A DNA stretch of 64,000 nt from Raja brachyura (taxonomy: Eukaryota), in assembly GCA_963514005.1 (NCBI GenBank), contig OY740810.1, positions 15,562,001 to 15,626,000 of the forward strand. Direction: 5' to 3'. Each line of letters begins with the position of its first letter. The first letter of the stretch is position 1. The notes under the pieces were generated by a model that ran no database searches, was not told the DNA's origin, and saw only the letters and a list, made by a program, of their open reading frames with translations. This document shows positions 54,871-64,000 of the stretch, piece by piece. Made by a program: the position numbers and the translations under genes.

Positions 54871-57139
54871 CATGTGACTGGAAATGCCTTTGCAAAAATA
54901 TTGGCTGCACTGACTTTGCAGTTAAATATAAGTTGAAGCGTCACTCCCCTCAGCTATCTTTTCCAAAGTCCAACAAAGGACCTGTGCCTCCTGCCGGGAG
55001 ACCAAGAACTCCGGTGTGGAATCCAGCTCCATGCATTCCAAGATGCAATGAAGCTAGCGTTTGCTTCAAGAAAGAACAATAAGGAATGCATCTCCAACCC
55101 CCCACACTAAACGTAGAATGCCTGGTTGGGACGTGTGAAGTATCTGTCTTGCCTTTCACTGGTGGGATGACTTCTGACCCTTGACCTTGACACTCAATAC
55201 TTATGAGGTCACCCCCATCAATGAAGTGAAGGGTCGAGGGAGCTGCTAGTAGGAGGCTGACTGCTCAGTGGACAGGATTTTCTACCGCAACTTCTTTCCT
55301 AGTTGGGTGAATCTTGTGGATTCTAACTGTGGTCTCGACAAACATTGGCTTCCTTCCCTCTGCTCTTTTCACCTGTTGCCCTGGATCTCCTGGAAACACT
55401 CCTCTGATGCCGCAACTGATGCCGTGAATGGACGTTTCTGGAAGGATGTGACAATTGTCTTGCCTTCAGTTACAAGGAATCAGGGTGGAAGATTTATGCC
55501 AAACTTTCAGCAACAGGGAAAGTTATTTTGAAGCAAGGAGTTGATCTGATTTGAGTCACATTTAGTTCTCTGTGCTGTGCGACCTTTTTCATTCCATGTT
55601 CATTTCAAACAGGGGATTATAACTTTGGGGTGTCCTGTTAAAGTGAAGAAAGTTCACCATGAAGAAACTTTAAATGAAACGATCTGAAGAGGTTCACTTA
55701 ACCTTTTGAGGTGCTTCAAACAAGACCTCAATAATGGGTCCTGTTGTTCTAAGTTGCTGTTATTACCATTTGGCCATTTTAACTCCTTGTTAACAGTCCC
55801 TCTGTCTGTGGAGAAGGACATCAGCAACCACCTCATGGAATCATAGACATATACAGCACAGGAATGGACCCCTTGGTCCGCCTTGACCATGGCTGATGGT
55901 CCAGAGGAACCACTGGTGTCACTGAAGGTTTGGCAATGGATGTTCCTCCAGCATGTGAGGAAGGTCAAGAGGAGACCAGGGCCACGTTCTGGAGAACAAG
56001 TTGGAGCAGAGTGCAGTTTTGTGACAGACCTTGGTTTGAACACTATGGAAACCAGAAGAAGCAGAGTGTGTCTGAAGATCAGCGACACCTGATGTCAGCA
56101 TGAAAAGAGATGCACCAAATACACTGCACTGGAGAGAAGAGGTGAGAGAATAGCCATCTGCCAGATCCTACCCTTCCTGTAATGATGAAAGGAGAGCTTT
56201 TTGAGGTGTGAGTGTGGAAGGGAGTTGGAGAGGAGGGGAGCTGAGGCCTGGGTCAGACTAGCCATGACCACATTGAATGGCGGGGCAGGTTTGAGGGGCC
56301 ACCTTTGTTTCTTGAGTCTGGGTGGTGGGACTTCCTCCTGGGAGATGTGAGAGAAGATCTGACCCTCAGCTGTCGACTCCTTGCTTGTGTTGGACGGTTA
56401 GAGAGGATCAGACTCGCTGTCAGACCCAAGCACAGCATTCCCACGATCAGTCAAATAGTGTTTTAGTTCCTCCAATGCTAGGGGCTTTGAACATGTCTCC
56501 CCTCAATGGATGACCTCAGGTCCAGTACGACAAGCCCATCTTAATGGGAAGCCACACTCCAAGGGACAGAGCAGAGCTGGTGACACCAATGTGGTTCCGG
56601 ACCAACAATGATCCTTCCACCACCATTGGTGACACAGATAATCCAGTCAATATTGTGTTGGAGTTTGCAGTGTATAAATTACCAGTATAGCAAAGGCAAC
56701 CCTGCCAAACTGAACTATATCCTGTACTCTGTATCGCTTTGCTCTATCTATTGTGCTTGCATTTGACTTGATTGTAGTGATCTATAATATTATCTGTTTT
56801 GTTTGGATAGCATGAAAAATAAAACTTGTCACTGTACCACGTGACAACAATAAAATTGAACCTATCTGGCAATGGAATGCCTGAGGTTGTGAAAAGTGCT
56901 ATAAGAATGCAGTTTAATATCTGCACCAGTTTTCCAAATTGGCTGGTGGGTTGCATCTCCAGTGCCATCCCTGGGAACATTGCACAAGACTCCGATGGTG
57001 AATATCTATGGCAGAGGAATTTAATATCGTTTCATTTAATATCTATGGCAGAGGCCATCTCGATGTCCCTCCACTGGCTAGTGTGGACACCCCTGGCTGC
57101 GAGGTTTTCCTCAGCATCTCTAGGACTGGCTCTCGGTCA

Positions 57140-57410
57140 CACCGGCTGGAGTCGGATGAGAAGGAATTTTTTCACACAGAGAGTGGTGGGTCTCTGGAAC
57201 TCTCTGCCACAGAAGGTAGTTGAGGCCAGTTCATTGGCTATAATTAAGATGGAGTTAGATGTGGCCCTTGTGGCTAAGGGGATCAGAGGGTATGGAGAGA
57301 AGGCAGGTACGGGATACTGAGTTGGATGATCAGCCATGATCATATTGAATGGCGGTGCAGGCTCGAAGGGCTGAATGGCCTACTCCTGCACCTAATTTCT
57401 ATGTTTCTAT
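57140..57410 (+). mobile_element. CR1 LINE 3' fragment, same family as 23791-24850
   Basis: MRRNFFTQRVVGLWNSLP..., near-identical 3' UTR and tttctatg tail. Confidence 0.88.
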
Positions 57411-58139
57411 GAGTCCCCCAGAGATCTCAGGATTGGGTCACTCAGCTCCTTGTGTCTATGTAAACTAGAGATTGACTGCGTAGACATCTCCTACTTCCCT
57501 GCTCCTAGCCATGCATTTCATGGCTGCTCTGAGCTTACAATTACTTTCTGGATTTCTATTTCTATAAGCGTACTGGTAATGGAGGAAGATACACGATAAC
57601 AATGTTTAAGATGCTTTTAGACAGGGACATGGATATGCAGGCAATGGAGAGATATGCAGGCAGAAAGTTTAACTTGCTATCATGTTCAACATGGGCATTG
57701 TGGACTGAAGTGCCTGCTTGGCTCCCGAGGTCCAAAGTACAGTAAACACCAATAAACTCCATCGGGAACACTGACGTCAAATTGATCCGGTCAGTGAGTG
57801 GGGCGAGTGTGAGATTCATCCCAAAGTGAGTGTCTAGAGAGAACAACAGAGTGTAGAGCAGGATGTAAGAACAAACATATGGAAGAGAGAGAAACAGAAG
57901 GAAGATAGACACAAAAAGCTGGAGTAACTCAGCGGGACAGGCAGCATCTCCAGAGAGAAGGAAAGGGTGACGTTTCATGTCAAGACAGTCTGAAGAAGGG
58001 TCTTGACCCGAAACATCACCCTTCTCTCAAGAGATGTTGCCTGTCTCGCTGAGTTACTCCAGCTTTTTGTATCTACTGTTTAAACCAGCAACTGCAGTTC
58101 CTTCTTACACGAAGGATAGAAGGAGATGGTTTAGAGATT

Positions 58140-58432
58140 AGTTCAGAGAAATGGATTGGAAACAGGCCCATACGGCCCATAGAATCTACACTGACCATCT
58201 GTTCACATTAGTTTTATGTCATCCCACCACTCCCTGAACACAGGAACAATTTCCAGAGGCTAACTAACGTACAAACCTGCACATCTTTGGGATGTGGGAG
58301 GAAACCAGAGCACCTGGAGGATACCCACACCGTCACAGGGAGAATGTACAAACAGCATCCACTAGTCAGGATCGAACCTGGGTCTCTGGCGCTGTGAGGC
58401 AGCAGCTCTACCAGCTGCACCACCATACTGCC
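58140..58432 (-). mobile_element. tRNA-derived SINE between the TSSK6 copies
   Basis: Reverse complement ggtgcagctggtagagctgctgcctcacagcgccagagacccaggttcgatcctgact with conserved body. Confidence 0.8.
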
Positions 58433-58631
58433 ACGGCAATGGGAATCTGTGGGAAGAAAGCCCGGAGTCCGCTCCACCGTTTCTTGGGAAGTGGTGTACG
58501 CGATCAAAGTTTAATTACAACTTACAAAATAAGTTTGTTCACTTTCAAAGGTTTAATTGAGAATGGTTTAGATAGGTCGTTATGGTAACGCTACGCAGAA
58601 ATTAACAGTGGCTGCCCTCGGGGCTGTGCTC

Positions 58632-59576
<945 letters not shown>

Positions 59577-61449
59577 GTGGCCATGGGAAACACGTTTTGA
59601 AATCTGGAGAGAAGTCACATCTTTTCAGTTCTGAGAATCTCTGCAAGAATTGTCGTGATTGACGGGGAACTGGACCGATAAGAATTGAACGATAAAGGAG
59701 CAACGTCTAGAAGCTTTGCATTATTTTGCAGGCACACCAAGCTCAGGCTGAATAAATAATCTGAGTTTAGTTCTTTAATTCTTTCTCCTGTTATCTATCT
59801 GCATGATCTGCTCCACAGGTTAGTGGTTTTGTTCCAGTGCTAATGATGTTTGATAACCAAATCTCAACTCTCTGTAGATGACACCAGGTGACCTTGGTTT
59901 TAATGCTGGGGGTCAGACAGATCTGGTCACTGTGACATCACGGTTTGACAGGCAGGGGAGGGGAAGGTTACCTCATCAGCTGTGGGAAATCTGACAGTAA
60001 CTTCACTGAAAGAAAAGCACAGTTTGTTGAGGAGGCACCGGAGAAGTATGGGTCTGACCATGGGCCTCCTGTTCCCCAGGTGTGCACTTACAGCACAGGT
60101 ATCCACGCTTGGAATCAAGCTTGGAGAATATTTTGCAGAACACAAAGTTCTGGAGGAACTCAGCGACTCAAGTAGCAGAAATGGACAGATAAGGTGTCAG
60201 GTTGGGACCTTTTTTCTGACTGATTGTACTGGGGCAGCAGTTGGGGGGGGGGGGGGGGGGGAGAGAGAGCTGGAAGAGGTGGGAACAGGACAAAGCACGG
60301 CAAGTGATAGGTGGATACAGGCGAGGGGGCTAATTGGCAGATGGGTGGAATAAGTGACGAAGGCCAAAGATGAAAAGGAGACAAAAAGGTGTCAAATATG
60401 GAAATAACCGATCCTAATTGGGCCTAAACTGGGAGGCCTGGAAGGTATTTGGAATTTATGTGGTCCCTCGAACCTACTCTGTTACCCAAAACAATCATGG
60501 CTGACCTCAGTAACCTTCTGCTGTCTCCCCATAAACCGCAATGCCTTTTGTATCTGGAAATTCATCTATCTCCATCTTAAATATTGGAATTGTTTTATTA
60601 GTGTCACATGTATCAAGATCATGTGAAAAGTTTGTTTGCATGCTATCCAGTCGTCATATTATACACAAGTACGATCAAGCTATACACAGGCACAACAGGT
60701 AGTGAAACAAGAAAATTACCAGGTTGCAGGATATAAAGTTATGGCGTTAGTTATAGAGAAAAAGTGCAGATGCTGCATGGAAATAGGTTGGAAGATCGGG
60801 ACTACACCCTAGCTTAAGGAAGGACCATTCAGTATTGATAATAGCGGGGGAAGATGTTCCTCAGTCTTGTGGCGTGCACTTTGAAGCATTTGTATCTTCT
60901 ATTCTACGGGATAGGGGAGAAGATGGAATGACCAGGGTGTTAGTGGCCCTTGATTATATTCCTGCTTTTATGAGGCAACATGAAGTGTAGATGGAATTAA
61001 TGGTGGGAATTCTAATCTGTGCAATGTACTGGACTACATCCACAACTCTATTCAATTTCTCATGGTCTTGGGCAGAGCTCTTTGCTTCGCTTTGTATCCT
61101 CATCCCAGTTACTTTACTGCACTCCCACCTGATTGTTGCCAGGTCCAGTTTAGAAGATAACAGCATAGCGTGTACAAGGAATAGAGGCATTTGCTTCCAT
61201 CAGTTATATTGTAAATGTTTCCATGTTTTAATGACACAGGAGTTACATTGCTAATCAATCTAGTTTTAATCTTGCAAACGGGTGGGGGGGGGGGGGGCAC
61301 ATGAGTGGAAAGGGTGTTTCTTTAAAGTTAGGTGAGACTACTTAATAGTTCAATATTATTCAATACTATCAATATTCACTGAGAATACCTATGACTAGTG
61401 TTTGCATAATTTTGTTTGCAATATTTTTTTATTCTAAGACAAAAAAATT

Positions 61450-62000
61450 ACCGGAAGTGGGTGCGCAGGAAAAGGATTCCGTCTCGGTTATGAATGAATC
61501 GGCGGCGTTGTCCTGGTAACGGAACCTCTGCGCTCGGGGGAAGGTGCGGCGGCGGCGGCGGCGTCGAGGTGGGTGAAGCGGGGAGAGTGGGGAGAGTGGG
61601 GAGGGGGCGGCGGGGTGATGGCGGAGGGGGAGGTGCGGCAGGGTCTCCCCCCCCCCCCTGCGGCCGGGTGAGGGAAGCCGCGGGGCGTTTTATCCGAACT
61701 GAAGCTGCTCTGCTCCCCGGGGCCCAGGGTCCGGCCCTCAGTCCCATCCACATCCCGCAGCGTAAAACAATCGGCACAGGGATTGTCTTTCAATCCCATG
61801 GCAGAAAACGATCGGTCGATGGGGCCCAGGGACCATCCAACAATCCCGTCCGCATCCCGCAGCGTAAAACTATCGGCCAAATGGGACCCCAAGGGCCTCC
61901 GTCCATCGCATTCGCATCTCTCTGCTGCAACCCGGTCAAGCCAATCTACTCACGATTTAAATGCTCCCTCCCCGGCGCCAACCTGAACCTCCTCTGGTGC
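61450..62000 (+). promoter_or_regulatory. CpG-island promoter, probably of ARMC6
   Basis: Sharp switch from AT-rich to GC/CpG-rich sequence, an ETS/GABP motif CCGGAAGTG at 61451-61459 and GC boxes (ggggcgg), about 1 kb upstream of the ARMC6 ATG. Confidence 0.75.
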
Positions 62001-62447
62001 AGATATCCAGTGCAATCATATCCTTCCTATGGTGTGACGACCAGTACTGACAATGGCAGTGTCCACAACTCCATTTATAGGTTTTTGTTTATTATGTCAT
62101 GTGTAATGAGATACAGTGAGAAGCATGCATACTATCCAGTCAATTCATGCCTTACGCTTGTGCCACAGGGATGGATCGGAGTACAGAATATAGCGTTATA
62201 AACTTACTGGGAAAGAGTAGGTTTTAAAAAGTGTAAATTCTACATTGAGATAGATTGGGAGACTTGTACTACACCCTTAGATTATGAGAAGGTCCCATCA
62301 TTAGTCTGATAACAGCAAGGAAGGAGCTGATCCTGAATCTATGGTACGTGCTTTCAAGCTTTTGTATCTTCTACATGACAGGAGAGTTTCCTTCATATAC
62401 ATCTAACGTTACACTTCTGTCACTGCTGTTAATGAGGTAGTGGAAAA

Positions 62448-62568
62448 ATGGCGACCAGACGGATTACTCAAGAGACCTTTGATAATGTTGTGCGAGAGAA
62501 CATAATCGAGTTTGAGATGGAGCCAGAAGAGGCTTTGAAAGAAGCAATAGAACAGTTTGAATCACAAG
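62448..62568 (+). CDS. ARMC6: ARMC6 (armadillo repeat-containing 6) first coding exon; gene continues beyond the window
   Basis: aaaATGG; [41 protein letters not shown] matches the ARMC6 N-terminus ([38 protein letters not shown]); donor gtatgt. Too short for the ORF track. Confidence 0.9.
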
Positions 62569-64000
62569 GTATGTAGATCTATTAATCCCTGCTCTCCATC
62601 ATTTTCATCCCTGCCCTGCTTTGAATAAATAAACGCACACATTGGGTGTTCTGTTTGTAGACACTGAACTCAATGCAACAGAGCAACTCTCAGCCTCTGC
62701 TTTAATTCTTCATCCCATTGTAACCTCGCCTGTCAGTGGCCTCCTGCGCTCTTACACTGAAACAGCACATCTTCCAGACAGGAAAGGTTGTAGCCCTTGC
62801 AACTTTATATTGAATTCAACGAGTTTCAGAATTGTTCAGTTCTGCTAAGTTATCCATCTATATTATTGATTTACTAAAATGGCCTCCTTTACATCAATGA
62901 CACCAAGTGTAGACTGGTCAACCATTTTACTGAACACTTGCGCTCTAAATGCCAAGGTGTGTTGGATCTCCTATTTGCTAACCATATCCTATACCCCTAT
63001 CCTCCCTCTAGCTTTACATTTCACTCCTCTCTTTATCTGATGCCATTTGTCTCTTTTTCACCTCCAGCCTTTGTCACTGACCACCCATGTGCCAATCAAA
63101 TAGCCCCTTACCTGTCTCCACCTATAACTTGCCAGGCTTTGCCACACCCCCATTTTTTTTCTCTAGCATCGCTCCCACTATTCTATCCGTCTGAAGAAGG
63201 GTCCCGATCCAAAAGTTCACCTATCCATGCTCACCTGAGATGCTGCCTGACCTGCTGAGTTATTCTATCTGAAGAAGGGTCTCGACCCGAAACGTCGCCT
63301 ATTTCCTTCGCTCCATAGATGCTGCCTCACCCGCTAAGTTTCTCCAGCATTTTTGTCTACCTTCGATTTTCCGGCATCTGCAGTTCCTTTTTAAACTGCT
63401 GAGTTATTCTAGTACTTTGTGTCCTCTTGTGTAAATCAACATCTGCAGTTCTTTGTTTCTACACTTTGTTCAACTATCCACTGGGTGTTTTCTTCAGCAG
63501 CTTTTCACCCTGCCCTCGCCTTATCCGAGGCGCTCCAGTAATCCCACATCTGATTGTTTAAATATCCAAATGGTGGGTTAGCTCTCACTCAGTGCGATCA
63601 GCCATGGAATGAGTTGTCCAGTCAAGTGAATTGTTTTCTGCTTATCAACATGCAAAGTACATTGCCAAATGGTGTTTATTTTACACCATATCTGTAATTT
63701 CTCCTCTCACAAACTCAAGAGCCCTGATTTCTGTGCTCCCACTCCACCTACTACCTTCTATTTTATACTCCATTTAAACTCACCTTTCTGTTTAATGGTG
63801 AGGTTCTATTATTGGTTATAGGTTTCTGTTTCCTGCTCCCTTTAAACTCATGGACTCCATTTCCCGCTCCCTTTAAACTAACCCAGTTCCTTATTTTCAC
63901 CAGGTCCCATAAACATTTGCTGGTCCCATAAACTTGAGTCATGTCAAGTTGAGTTTATTATCCTATTCATAATTATGTTAAACAATGTTGCTTGCAGCAG

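Noticed and set aside
61448-62201. 235-aa and overlapping ORFs in the GC-rich block
   Set aside because: Typical spurious ORFs of a CpG-island promoter; Gly-rich low complexity with no recognisable domain.

Overview
Vertebrate genomic DNA, most likely from a cartilaginous fish such as a skate or ray. That assignment is inferred from the repeat mix: CR1/HER1-like LINEs, HE1/V-SINE-like SINEs, Penelope-derived repeats and Rex1/Babar fragments. The + strand carries the complete coding region of GATAD2A (p66-alpha, NuRD subunit): 11 phase-consistent coding exons from 2425 to 44882, about 609 aa, with a ~3.5 kb 3' UTR. Two intronless, intact TSSK6 paralogs follow in tandem on the - strand, then a CpG-island promoter and the first coding exon of ARMC6. 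The less obvious observations are: (1) a decayed ZFP36/tristetraprolin-family tandem-CCCH gene copy lying antisense in a GATAD2A intron and joined to a perfect 60-bp inverted duplication; (2) many dispersed Penelope-derived repeats carrying a minimal hammerhead-ribozyme core; (3) a TATA box, an identical 16-nt leader element and an out-of-frame upstream ATG at -13 shared by both TSSK6 copies; (4) a non-autonomous Helitron-like insertion; (5) several near-perfect local duplications. All calls come from reading the sequence by eye; no searches were run.
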